The notes beneath the pieces were generated by a model that saw only the letters and a list, made by a program, of their open reading frames with translations, was not told where the DNA came from and searched no databases. DNA of 52,286 nt. It comes from Acidilobaceae archaeon (GTDB lineage: Archaea > Thermoproteota > Thermoprotei_A > Sulfolobales > Acidilobaceae). The position numbers were made by a program, and so were the translations under genes. The stretch spans positions 1 to 52,286 of the forward strand of contig JALWOJ010000162.1 of assembly GCA_026995555.1 (NCBI GenBank), given 5' to 3'. Positions 20,619-30,288 of this stretch are shown here, piece after piece (position 1 is the stretch's first letter; each line of letters starts with the position of its first letter).

Positions 20619-21049
20619 AGTCTTTACAAAAGACATATGCTTTAGATGCTAGTGTTTTAATTGAAGTGCTTGCTGGAAGTCAATTTGTCAAGGATCTGAT
20701 AAATTCCATAATTAGAGGAGAGATCGAGGCCTATGTAGCAAAACTTAGTCTAACTGAGGCTTTGTATGTAACTTGCAGGTTATGGGGCTGGAGGAGGGCA
20801 TTACAGAGAATGTAAACTCCAATAGATTCAAAGACTCTGATAATCATAGAGGATGAAATAATCTGGCAAGAAGCAGCAGATTGTAAGTGTCAAATACCAG
20901 TAAGTCTAGGAGACTGTTATACACTGGCGGTTGCAAAGAAATACAATCTAATACCCTTGTTCTTAAAACCCGAAAAAGAGATCCTAAGAAATGAAGAGAA
21001 AATAGGAGAATGGTTAGGAAGGGAACCCGAATATTTAATCAAACCCTAG
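20615..21049 (+). pseudogene. VapC/PIN toxin with in-frame TAA
   Basis: ALDASVLIE...LTEALY; TAA at 20813-20815; same frame continues ...SLGDCYTLAVAK... to TAG 21049. Confidence 0.85.
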
Positions 21050-21237
21050 TCAAAAACTTTAACGGATATCTGATTTTAGCCGATGAACTAACATTTCATA
21101 CGTTACCTTAATTCTAATTACTGTCCTATAAGTTATTCAATATTGACGCGGACATTAAAAGAGCGGCTAGACTAGGAGGACTTAACACTTCAAGATTTAA
21201 ATCCCTGATTAAGAGCTCAGAGTTGTGGGGAAGGAGA

Positions 21238-21528
21238 ATGCCAGCTATAGAGGTCGGAAGGGTTTGCATAAAGGTTAGGGGAAGGGAAGCTGGAAGAAAG
21301 TGCGTCATAGTTGATATAATAGATGAGAACTTCGTCCTTATAACAGGTCCCAAGAGTTTGACTGGGGTTAGAAGGAGGAGAGCGAACATAGACCACATAG
21401 AGCCTCTGGACAAGAAGATAAACATAAGAAAAGGTGCCAGTGACGAAGAGGTATTAAAGGCCATAGAGGAGGCTGGACTCACAGACTATATGAGGGAGAG
21501 GATTAAGCCTTACCTAGAGGTGGTTTAA
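21238..21528 (+). CDS. rpl14e: 50S ribosomal protein L14e
   Basis: [39 protein letters not shown]. Confidence 0.97.
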   Translation: MPAIEVGRVCIKVRGREAGRKCVIVDIIDENFVLITGPKSLTGVRRRRANIDHIEPLDKKINIRKGASDEEVLKAIEEAGLTDYMRERIKPYLEVV

Positions 21529-21646
21529 TTCTCTCTAAAACTCTCTCAAATCACCCGATTGCCTTGAAGCCCATCAAAACAGAGGCGCCTTTATATAGAG
21601 TTCAAGGATGTTAAGTTAAATTCCCCCTAATTCCCCACTTTATAAC

Positions 21647-22822
21647 TTGGTGTTAGCACCCTTGTCTTCCCTCGAGCTTATTAGATCCTCTGCTCGAGAG
21701 TTTGCGGAGAAGGTTCTGGGACCTGTTGCAAGGAAAATAGATGAGGAGAACCTAGTCCCTGAGGACATAAGAAGACAGGTTGCAGAGATGGGTTACTTCG
21801 CCTTAAGGGTTCCTGAGGAGTACGGAGGCCCTGGACTTAGTCTTCTGGAGAGTGTGATCGTTGCTGAGGAGCTCTCCAGGGTTTCAAGTGGAGTAGGAAT
21901 AATGGCCACAGTCTCGGGCTCAATGGTTCCACCTCCCCTCGTTTTCTTCGCTGAAGAAGAGGTAAAGGAGGAGTATCTTAAGAAGCTGGCTAAAGGAAGT
22001 ATAGCTGCGTTTGCGCTCACAGAGCCCTGCTGTGGAACAGATGCCGCAGCGATAACAACTAGGGCCGAGCTGAAGAATGGAGAGTGGATTATAAGTGGAA
22101 GGAAGACCTTCATAACAAATTCATACTATGCCGACTTCTTCTTGGTGGCCGCCAGAACGGGGAAGCCTGAAGATAGGCACAGAGGCGTTAGCCTCTTCGT
22201 CGTAGATAGGGATGAGTCTTGTATGGAGATATCAAAGCTCGACATGATGGGATATAGGGGCAGCGGAACTTCAGAGGTCCTGTTTAATGAGTGCAGGGTC
22301 CCCAAGCAGAACATCATAGGCCCTGTCAATGGGGGGTTCAAAATCGTGATGGACACCCTAAACGAGGGAAGAATAGTTACTGCGTCAACGGGGCTGGGAG
22401 TGATGCAGGCAGCATTTGAGGAGGCCTTCGAATATGCAAAAAAGAGGGAGAGTATGGGAAAGGCCTTAGTTGAGCATCAGATGGTCATGTCAATGATAGC
22501 TGAGATGAAGATGAAGCTTGAGGCTGTGAGATCTCTAATATACAAGGCTGCTGAAAAGGTCGATAGAGGGGAGCCTGACTATCCGATGTGGAGCAGCATA
22601 GCAAAGCTCGCGGCGGCCAGATGGGGGGTGGATGTTGTAAGGCTTGCAATGCAGGTGATGGGAGGCTTTGGTTACAGCAGGGAGAGCAAGGTCGAGAGGC
22701 TCTATAGAGATATAAAGATGATAGAGATAGGAGATGGAACAAATCAGGCCCAGGAGATCGTTATAGTTAGAAGCCTTCTCGGAAAAATAAGGCCTCCCAA
22801 AAGGTCTAGCAAAAATAGTTGA
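21647..22822 (+). CDS. Acyl-CoA dehydrogenase
   Basis: FALTEP, GRKTFITN, LNEGRI, GGFGY, YRD...IGDGT. Confidence 0.95.
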   Translation: MVLAPLSSLELIRSSAREFAEKVLGPVARKIDEENLVPEDIRRQVAEMGYFALRVPEEYGGPGLSLLESVIVAEELSRVSSGVGIMATVSGSMVPPPLVFFAEEEVKEEYLKKLAKGSIAAFALTEPCCGTDAAAITTRAELKNGEWIISGRKTFITNSYYADFFLVAARTGKPEDRHRGVSLFVVDRDESCMEISKLDMMGYRGSGTSEVLFNECRVPKQNIIGPVNGGFKIVMDTLNEGRIVTASTGLGVMQAAFEEAFEYAKKRESMGKALVEHQMVMSMIAEMKMKLEAVRSLIYKAAEKVDRGEPDYPMWSSIAKLAAARWGVDVVRLAMQVMGGFGYSRESKVERLYRDIKMIEIGDGTNQAQEIVIVRSLLGKIRPPKRSSKNS

Positions 22823-22894
22823 ACCCTCGTAGCCGAGGGACTCTTCACTGATCAGACGATGCGGGCAGATGCCCAACGGAACTTCATCGGGTCC
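22821..22894 (-). ncRNA. C/D-box sRNA
   Basis: Stem GGACCC/GGGTTC; C CGATGA, D' CTGA, C' GTGAAGA, D ACGA; TATA-like ATATAAAA ~25 nt upstream. Confidence 0.75.
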
Positions 22895-23016
22895 TTCAAA
22901 TCAAGATTTTATGAGTTGTTTTATATCTTTCTATGCCCGTATCTTATTGATCATCTTAAAATATTAACGTTCCTTGGAGACAAGTTAATCATTAAAACTA
23001 ATTGAATAGTTAATAG

Positions 23017-23391
23017 TTAATTTGATCCGTAGCCCATGAGTAGCGCTTCTACAGGCTTTAACTTCTTCTCTATAGGATCAGGAGCTAAGCCTAGTTGCTC
23101 CATAGTCACTGCACCTAGGAGGTACACATTCTCATCTCCAAACACAACAGGAGTGGCGCTCGCCCTATATCCCTCTATCTCAATGCCGATCTCACCAATG
23201 CTCTTTTCAACGACCCTACCATCAGCTAACCTGAGCCTAAGGGTCCTTAGGGGTTTGACGTTTAATTTTTTAAGCAGGCTTTCAGGCAAAACCATGTATG
23301 TAGCTCCAGTATCAACGATAAGATCAACGTTCGTAACTTTGTTTTGTTCAATAGGATTCCAAACCTTGGCTTTAACGCTAAACGTTCCCAT
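23017..23391 (-). CDS. Clan AA (retroviral-like) aspartyl protease
   Basis: VDTGAT, LADG, LLGAVTMEQLG; likely start ATG 23391. Confidence 0.85.
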   Translation of the reverse strand: MGTFSVKAKVWNPIEQNKVTNVDLIVDTGATYMVLPESLLKKLNVKPLRTLRLRLADGRVVEKSIGEIGIEIEGYRASATPVVFGDENVYLLGAVTMEQLGLAPDPIEKKLKPVEALLMGYGSN

Positions 23392-23541
23392 TTTAGCTCC
23401 CATCAGTAAAAGTAACCACTGATAAAAGCAATAAACCCTAAGGCGTATACAAGCTGCCTTTTCATTATGATATCTGAATTGTAGGGAATCTGTAACTTTT
23501 AAAGCCTTTGTCACAGATAGCTTCTACAGGGAGTTCAGATC

Positions 23542-24042
23542 TTGACCTTAGAGACCATTCGTTTACCTCATAGCATTGTTCAACGCCTGCGAAGAGAGGC
23601 AGAGAGGCAGGGCATGGAATTAGAGGAGTATCTTGTGGAGCTTGCTACACAAGACCTAGATCCTTCAGAGAGGGCACAGGAATACGTTGAAGTGGCATTA
23701 GGACTTCTGATTCAAGCCCAAGAGGGGCTGAGGAAGGGCGATGTCAGGCAGGCGGCGGAGAAGCTCTGGGGGGCTGCAGCCCTCACAGTTAAAGCTTTCG
23801 CTGAGTGGAGAGAGGGAAGGAGACTTGCCAGTCACAAGGAACTATGGGACTACACCTTGGTATTGCAGAGAGAGCTGGGAGGCTGGGTTCATGATGCCTG
23901 GATGTCAGCTAACGGTATGCATACATGTTTCTACGAAGGATGGTGCAGCAAGGAACATGTAAAGAATTCGATGGAGGAAATAGAGAAACTTGTGAAAGCA
24001 GTTAAAGATAGAATTGCAAAAACTTTGCAGAACTTTAACTAA
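23542..24042 (+). CDS. PaREP1 family (HEPN-like) protein
   Basis: QAAEKLWGAA, SH, MHTCFYE; N-terminal RHH-like segment. Confidence 0.85.
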   Translation: MTLETIRLPHSIVQRLRREAERQGMELEEYLVELATQDLDPSERAQEYVEVALGLLIQAQEGLRKGDVRQAAEKLWGAAALTVKAFAEWREGRRLASHKELWDYTLVLQRELGGWVHDAWMSANGMHTCFYEGWCSKEHVKNSMEEIEKLVKAVKDRIAKTLQNFN

Positions 24043-24224
24043 GAATAAAATTATATTCGTTTCAATGTTAGGTTTAGGTCTTCAAGGATAGAAGATTTTA
24101 CTGGGCCTAAAGAGTCAGTTTTCCACTTCATAGCTTTTAGTCCTTTGCATGATCTTCCTTGCCTTAATGACAGCAACTTACATGCTTAATAAAAATCCCC
24201 AAAATTCTCATGATCTTACTAAAA

Positions 24225-24944
24225 TTACTTTTTATCTTTAGCTTCCATCAGAAGCCTGGTGGCTATATCCCTCGGTATGCCGAGGTGTGATGCTATAAAA
24301 TCTTCATCTGCTAGAGGAGATTTTCTCAACAACTCTCTCACTAAGCTCCTTGCATATTCATCCAAACCTTCGGAAGTCTCCCAAATTTTCTCAAAGTCAT
24401 TCATAAGTATGTGAGCTAATGTTGAACTGACTATTACATATCCCATTCGAGTAGGCGAGCTTCTTTCCTTGTCCACTAGACCCAAAACACAGATCAAGTT
24501 GTCGACAACCATATACCTCATGTCACTAAGCATAACTGAGGAGCTCAGCCTGACGTCAGCTCCAGCTTTTTTATACAAATAGGCCACATAAAGTCTATCC
24601 GGAGATTTATGGACTACATATTTAATTTTTATCCCTCTTTTGGAGGCCTCCAAGATCACCTTTGCTATATCTTTAACGACCTCTTTATCAAAGTCCGTTA
24701 CTGGCTTTCTTCCAGTTATTATTCCTATAACGCTTCTCCTAGAGCTCCTTATCGAATCTATGACGGCTAAAAAGTACTCATACCTCGTAAGCTCTCTGGT
24801 AGCTTTAAAAAGTGCATCCATAAGCTCGCTTCGGCCTCTGTGCTCTCTGAAGCTAAGGAAAAGCAGTGCAAATGAAATGACAAGCAGTGCTAGTTCCACT
24901 ATTAGCAGCACATATATTGTTGTTAATGTGGCTAGTGCATGCAA
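24225..24944 (-). CDS. Membrane-anchored TrmB/PLD-like domain protein
   Basis: N-terminal TM helix; EASKRGIKIKY, RYMVVD; C-terminal HTH-like IASHLGIP. Confidence 0.5.
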   Translation of the reverse strand: MHALATLTTIYVLLIVELALLVISFALLFLSFREHRGRSELMDALFKATRELTRYEYFLAVIDSIRSSRRSVIGIITGRKPVTDFDKEVVKDIAKVILEASKRGIKIKYVVHKSPDRLYVAYLYKKAGADVRLSSSVMLSDMRYMVVDNLICVLGLVDKERSSPTRMGYVIVSSTLAHILMNDFEKIWETSEGLDEYARSLVRELLRKSPLADEDFIASHLGIPRDIATRLLMEAKDKK

Positions 24945-25338
24945 TTAATCCACCTGAAAGATAGCCCTTCGATTAGGCCAATTACTTTAAGGTGTTATTT
25001 ATAAGTTTAAGGGAACAAGTATCCCAGTCTACAAGCTCAACGGTCATACTTCCCTTGCTATCGATTCTAAGAGAGCTTCAGTAACGTTTTGCGGTCTTGA
25101 AGATTAATAGTGTCTGGAAAGTATACCTATTGCTAACGTCTATCATTACGAAAGAAAGGTTTGTTAACATATGCGAAATCGTCGTTACTCCCGATGAATT
25201 TTTGTAATATCATGGAAGATTGCATGCTCTAAATTTGTTGGAAAATTTAGCAAACGAAATGCTTTTATGAGACCAGCAAGATGATTATTCATACACGAAA
25301 CCTTAGCAGGAAATATTTAGACAATAGTCAGGAGGATC

Positions 25339-26391
25339 TTGATGTCATGGAATGGTAAGATGAGAAACCAGACTCCTTACCTTGTCTACTTAGACTTTCT
25401 CATCACTATAGTAGGTGCCTTCGCCATATACTCGACAAACTTCATAGCATACACCAATGCAGTTCCAATATTTGGAACTATTTACGGCATCGTCATAGTT
25501 ACGCGGGGATTCATACCATTGCTACTTCATAATGAACGACTTTTCAAGATATTACCATTTGTCCACCTGTTCTTTCTGTTTTCAACTATAACGCTAGCCC
25601 TGCTTCTCAACAACGTCACAATATACCTTATAGGAATATCAATTTCTGCACTACTCGGCATTTATACTGGAGGTTATATATACAATCTTGAGGTGAGCTG
25701 GTCTAAACGCTTAAGAGATCCCTCAAAGTTCTTCTCACTAATCTCTGGTGCTGAGGCCGCTGCATTCTTCATAGCCCCAATACTCACGTATATAACACCA
25801 AACAAGGCGCTCTTCCTTGCAATCCTATCTGTGTCTACAGCCTTCGGTTCCCTTCTTCTCCTGTATTTCGCTCGTCTCGGTGGCGCTGAAATAAAGCCTA
25901 AGTTCTTCTCTGGAGAGCTGGCATTGATTAAAAAGGCCATCCCTCTTGCGGCATTAGCAGCTTTCAACTGGTTTCTGCAGTATCTCTGGATGGGGATGGT
26001 GTTTGAGCTTGGAGCTAGACAAGGTATATCTGGCTTCTTGGTGTTTGTGGCAGTAGAGCTCGAGACGGCCACATATATGGTTATTCAATTCATTATCAGC
26101 AGGAGAGGCCTTAAGAGGCTGGCAAGCATGAGGACAGTCTCCATGTTAATGGCTATTTATGCCCTGGTCGTTATGTCATTTGCCTCTCTCAACTTTGTGA
26201 AGGTAAACTCAATTACGTTCTTACTTATCTTGCTTGCTCTAGCGGTTTCATCCAGCCCACTCGAGCCCCTTGTTAACACGCTCGTCTCGTTCACCGATCG
26301 TGCTCCTGAGATCTCCACTATTGTGTTAAGCTTTAACTACATAGGAGGCGGGATCGGCTACACCCTCTCCTCGCTTCTGCTCAGAATCTGA
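25339..26391 (+). CDS. MFS-like membrane transporter
   Basis: About 11-12 hydrophobic helices in two halves. Confidence 0.55.
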   Translation: MMSWNGKMRNQTPYLVYLDFLITIVGAFAIYSTNFIAYTNAVPIFGTIYGIVIVTRGFIPLLLHNERLFKILPFVHLFFLFSTITLALLLNNVTIYLIGISISALLGIYTGGYIYNLEVSWSKRLRDPSKFFSLISGAEAAAFFIAPILTYITPNKALFLAILSVSTAFGSLLLLYFARLGGAEIKPKFFSGELALIKKAIPLAALAAFNWFLQYLWMGMVFELGARQGISGFLVFVAVELETATYMVIQFIISRRGLKRLASMRTVSMLMAIYALVVMSFASLNFVKVNSITFLLILLALAVSSSPLEPLVNTLVSFTDRAPEISTIVLSFNYIGGGIGYTLSSLLLRI

Positions 26392-26602
26392 TTACCTCTA
26401 TTAGATTACCTCATGACATCAAGGAGAACATGAGAAGTTCGAGAGGAACGGAAAAGGAGCAGGTCACCACAGAAAGTAAGTGTCCATGTAATAAATGTCA
26501 TGGCTAAGCTAACTCCTGCTTGTACCCCCTACAACTCTTGACTAAAGAAGAAGCGAAGCGAACGATCGACGTCGCACATCTGGTGAGAATACCGACCTAG
26601 GT

Positions 26603-27670
26603 TCATTTTGCTTCTATGATCTTATTTATATTGATATAGCTGCTATATCTATACTTTCTTGGTTCATTAACATCCTTGAGCTTTCTTACTATGAATAGTT
26701 TTTCGTGATATATTAGAAGGAAGTCCCTCTCTTTCAGTTTCGACCATCTCTCCCTCGTCGTCTTCATCTTATGCTGTACCTTTACGACCTCCTCACGGAG
26801 GGTAAACCCGTTTTTTAGCAGTACTTGTAGCACATAGTGAGTTATTGGTACATAGTGCTTATGCATTCTTGTGTCACCCACGAGTATACCCATATGCTTC
26901 TCTGGCTTGAGGACCCTGTAGGCCTCCTTGGCCACTTGATGCATCATCCTAAGATAATCTTCTAGGTCAGAGGCCGCTGAGAGGTCGCCTGGTATCTTGG
27001 ACCTACTATACTTTATTATGTTGAAATATGGAGGGTGTGTTGCAATCAGATCTATGCTTTCGTCGGTTACCTTGTCCAAGTTTTTTGCATCGCCATGATA
27101 TACCTCTACACGCGCTTTCAGCATATCCTCTACTGTTATGTTGTTTGTAGGAACTTTAAGACCCTTAATGAAGGCGTCAAGTCTTGTTGGTGGGTTTTCC
27201 TTCATCTCCTCTAGGTGCCTTCTCAGCCAGTATATGCGGTGAAGGGTTAGCATGACAGCGTTGTAGTTTATGTCCACGCCTATACAGTTCCTCCCCAGAA
27301 GCATTGCCTCTATGCACGTTGTACCACTGCCGACCATAGGATCCAGAACCGTGTCACCAGGCTCGGTATACATAAGTATGAGGGCTCGAGCCATCTGAGG
27401 AGGCCAGTTACCTCTGTAATTACCTCTATGTGTTGCCCACGAGCCCCTCTTGGGAAAGCTCCAAACAGTTGTAGATAAATCAGTCAGCTCATCGGCTTCA
27501 GGATACAGCCTCTTGACCTTTATAGGCTCAAGCCTTATCCTATTGCCCTCAACCTCTATCTCCTTGTGCGACTTAGTAAATTCAAGATATTCATCGAAAT
27601 CAACTTTCCGCATACTAAGTGTAAGGACGCTGTGTTGATCACCGTCTTGCTCAGGTTTAACAGTCTTCAA
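26603..27670 (-). CDS. Amino (m4C/m6A) DNA methyltransferase, orphan
   Basis: VLDPMVGSGTT (SAM binding) precedes DLIATHPPY; RVLKP. Confidence 0.8.
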   Translation of the reverse strand: MKTVKPEQDGDQHSVLTLSMRKVDFDEYLEFTKSHKEIEVEGNRIRLEPIKVKRLYPEADELTDLSTTVWSFPKRGSWATHRGNYRGNWPPQMARALILMYTEPGDTVLDPMVGSGTTCIEAMLLGRNCIGVDINYNAVMLTLHRIYWLRRHLEEMKENPPTRLDAFIKGLKVPTNNITVEDMLKARVEVYHGDAKNLDKVTDESIDLIATHPPYFNIIKYSRSKIPGDLSAASDLEDYLRMMHQVAKEAYRVLKPEKHMGILVGDTRMHKHYVPITHYVLQVLLKNGFTLREEVVKVQHKMKTTRERWSKLKERDFLLIYHEKLFIVRKLKDVNEPRKYRYSSYININKIIEAK

Positions 27671-27792
27671 TTTTCATCACCCATCATATTTTAAACCTCA
27701 TATTGGCCGTACGGATCGTGAGTCTCCCGTTGCAAAGAGCTTAAGCCTCAGAGATAAGTGAAGTTTAGTTACATAGATCTCATAATATAACG

Positions 27793-28111
27793 TTAGGGAG
27801 TATTGTATTTCCTTCTCAGCTCCTGCATTGTTTTCGCTAGGTTTTCGCCTTCCAGTAGCTTCTCTATGGCCTGCGTGTCTATTGCTGTATACTCTTCGCT
27901 TTTAAGGCTATGCTTTATCAGGTTCTTGTCGTTTGTCCATATTGGGACATCAAACTTCAATGAGACAGCTGTAAACGGGTGGTAGTCATCCGGGTCGAAT
28001 TCCTTAGCTATCTTGAGAGCTTGCTGAAGAGTCCTAGTGCCAATTTCTTTTACACTCACTGCCCGTACTTTTCTGGAGAGCTTTGCTAGGAGGAGGTCTA
28101 GGGCTTCCTCA
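27793..28111 (-). pseudogene. PIN toxin, 3' half (split by IS607)
   Basis: DPDDYHPFTA, IWTND; joins in frame with 30128-30288 after IS removal. Confidence 0.85.
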
Positions 28112-28123
28112 GGGTTCACCTCA

Positions 28124-29377
28124 TCATATGTTTTTATATGATTTTATATAATGCATCATCGGTTCATCCTTCCTTCTCCCCCTTCCTCTGGCTTCATCGT
28201 TCATAGGGGGAGCATTCGGGGAAGACCCAAGGCTTCCCCACATACTCCTTAAACCGCGCAAGTATATGTTCATAGCTCCTATCGTATCCCTATCTGCAAT
28301 TAGACCGCATTTCCTGCACGTTGCCAACCTGTGCTCATAAACCAGCTTTGCTCCACATCTCGGACAAAGAGATGATGTATTCTTTGGGTTCACAAACATT
28401 ATGGGAACGTTGTACTCTATTGCCTTGGCCATTATTGCCGTCTGTAGCTTGCGATATGAAAACCTTGAAAGCCTATCTGCTATGCTGGATGATTTCTTTG
28501 ATGAGTTAAACCACAGCTCGTTAAGGTCTTCAAGGACGATAGAACTTCTCGTTTTCCTAGCTTTGAGAGCAATATATTTGGCGAACTTGCGACTCCAGTC
28601 AATAACTATGTTCCTGCTCCTCCTGTGCAACTTCCTTATCCTGCCCAGTATCCTCCTGTTATACCTCCACATCCTAGGATATCTCTTCTGAATCCTCTCA
28701 GCATGGATCTTTAAGGATAGTGCTTCAATGAACCTAGTGTTCATCCTCCTAATTTTCCTGCCATCATACATAACTACCTTCCTGAGGTTGATGTCAAGGG
28801 AGATGAGCTTCCTAGGTATGTAAGGATCGTATTCCCACCTGAAAGGTATTGATATCCATATCCTTCCGTTTCTGTCAATTGATATCATAACTTCATACCA
28901 CTTCTTGCCAATAAACTTCTTCAGGTATTCATTACGATGCAATAGCTTTATCACAAACTCCCTGTCCCTCAATTTAACAACGACAACCCTGTTCTCTAAA
29001 TCAACCTTTGCATCATATTTGTCTATCCGCGCTGACAGCTTCCTTAGAATAGGTTTCTTTCCATTATTCCTCCTAGAGGACTTAACCAAAGCTAGTGCAT
29101 GCTTGTACATCTGCTTTGCCTGATGTGCCCTAAACCCTTGTCTCCTCAACATCTTATAGAACATCTGATGAACCTGGTTTAGGTTAGGTAGCTTGTCAAA
29201 TTTCCATAGGAAGTCGATTATTTGTTGGGTTGCTCTGCAAACGAGGTAAAGCTCTTCTCTAAGATCGCTAACGGAGCCGTTTGTAAGGATCCCTTGTGCT
29301 TTTAGCGTTAGTAGCTTCTCTCCTCGGGGAACCGCCTTTGCAAGAGCGGTCCTCCCCCTCATCGGAGATCCCACCAC
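28124..29377 (-). CDS. tnpB: TnpB RNA-guided endonuclease
   Basis: RuvC triad ISLDIN / VLEDL / DRDTIGAMNI; zinc ribbon CPRC...CRKC. Confidence 0.93.
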   Translation of the reverse strand: MVGSPMRGRTALAKAVPRGEKLLTLKAQGILTNGSVSDLREELYLVCRATQQIIDFLWKFDKLPNLNQVHQMFYKMLRRQGFRAHQAKQMYKHALALVKSSRRNNGKKPILRKLSARIDKYDAKVDLENRVVVVKLRDREFVIKLLHRNEYLKKFIGKKWYEVMISIDRNGRIWISIPFRWEYDPYIPRKLISLDINLRKVVMYDGRKIRRMNTRFIEALSLKIHAERIQKRYPRMWRYNRRILGRIRKLHRRSRNIVIDWSRKFAKYIALKARKTRSSIVLEDLNELWFNSSKKSSSIADRLSRFSYRKLQTAIMAKAIEYNVPIMFVNPKNTSSLCPRCGAKLVYEHRLATCRKCGLIADRDTIGAMNIYLRGLRSMWGSLGSSPNAPPMNDEARGRGRRKDEPMMHYIKSYKNI

Positions 29378-29407
29378 ATATATTATTGAATATAAATGTA
29401 TATAAAT

Positions 29408-30073
29408 TTATCGCTTTTCTTTCAACATTTCATTCACACTTGCTGCTAGCGTTTCCTGTAGAAACCTTTTGTTGTGTTCCACAAGCTCCTTCACCTTATG
29501 GCTACGTCTGCCATAGATCTTTCCAGCAAACGAGACTATTATCGATAGAAAGTCCTCTATTAGCTCTTCTAGAGGCTCCCTCTCCTCATGAAGCACCTCC
29601 TCAATCCTCACACCATGTTTTTCGAAGAAGAACTGGAGGTACCCATATCCAAACCTAGTCAGTCTATCACGGTAGGTTATGAGCACAACATCAACTCTCT
29701 TCTCACTAACCATTTTCAGAAGCTTCTTCAGCCCCTTTCGCTCTTCCTTCAGGCCGCTACCGACATCCGCTATGATATCTACTATGACATATCCATTCTC
29801 ATTAGCATATTTCCTTAGAAGTTCTACCTGTCTATCTAGGTCTCCCTGCTCTTTCTGCTTATTAGAGCTCACCCTGGCATAAATGACCGCTCTGACCTTC
29901 TCTGTTAGCCTCTCCTCACCCTTTAACCTCTCTATTTCGCTTCTCGGAATGAGGTAGCGACCGCTGGGACTCCTAATAACCCTAATCCTACCCTCCCTAA
30001 TCCACCTCCATAACGTAATATATGACACTCCTAGCACTCTACAGGCATCTCTAGGGCTGAGAAATTCCTCCAT
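29408..30073 (-). CDS. tnpA: IS607 serine-recombinase transposase
   Basis: MerR-like HTH; IYARVSS, DLDRQ, DVGSG, YRDRLTRFG, FAGKIYGRRS. Confidence 0.95.
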   Translation of the reverse strand: MEEFLSPRDACRVLGVSYITLWRWIREGRIRVIRSPSGRYLIPRSEIERLKGEERLTEKVRAVIYARVSSNKQKEQGDLDRQVELLRKYANENGYVIVDIIADVGSGLKEERKGLKKLLKMVSEKRVDVVLITYRDRLTRFGYGYLQFFFEKHGVRIEEVLHEEREPLEELIEDFLSIIVSFAGKIYGRRSHKVKELVEHNKRFLQETLAASVNEMLKEKR

Positions 30074-30127
30074 GATTTGCACCATCAGAACATATAAAGA
30101 CATATACAATTATATAAACTTTGCCAC

Positions 30128-30288
30128 GGCACTTTCTGAAGGATCTCTTCCCTATGCTTCTTGATCTCCTCAAGAACATATTTTGGGAGAAGCACTTCCA
30201 GCCCAGGATGAAACAGGATCCTCCTCACACGGCCTTCACGAAGAAGTGCTGCAATAACCTTGTTAGTGTCTACCACGACTTTCAGCAT
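30128..30288 (-). pseudogene. PIN toxin, 5' half (split by IS607)
   Basis: MLKVVVDTNKVIAALL...VLEEI...QKVP. Confidence 0.85.

Larger units (their letters stand above)
28114..30129 (-). mobile_element. IS607-family insertion sequence (~2016 bp)
   Basis: tnpA serine recombinase + tnpB; bounded by GG (28112-13 and 30128-29); removal restores the PIN ORF (QKVP|EEAL); phased CATATAAA-like repeats at both ends. Confidence 0.92.

Noticed and set aside
28100..30140. IS607 as a self-splicing IStron or BHB intron
   Set aside because: No room for a group I intron in the short left end and no BHB at the junctions
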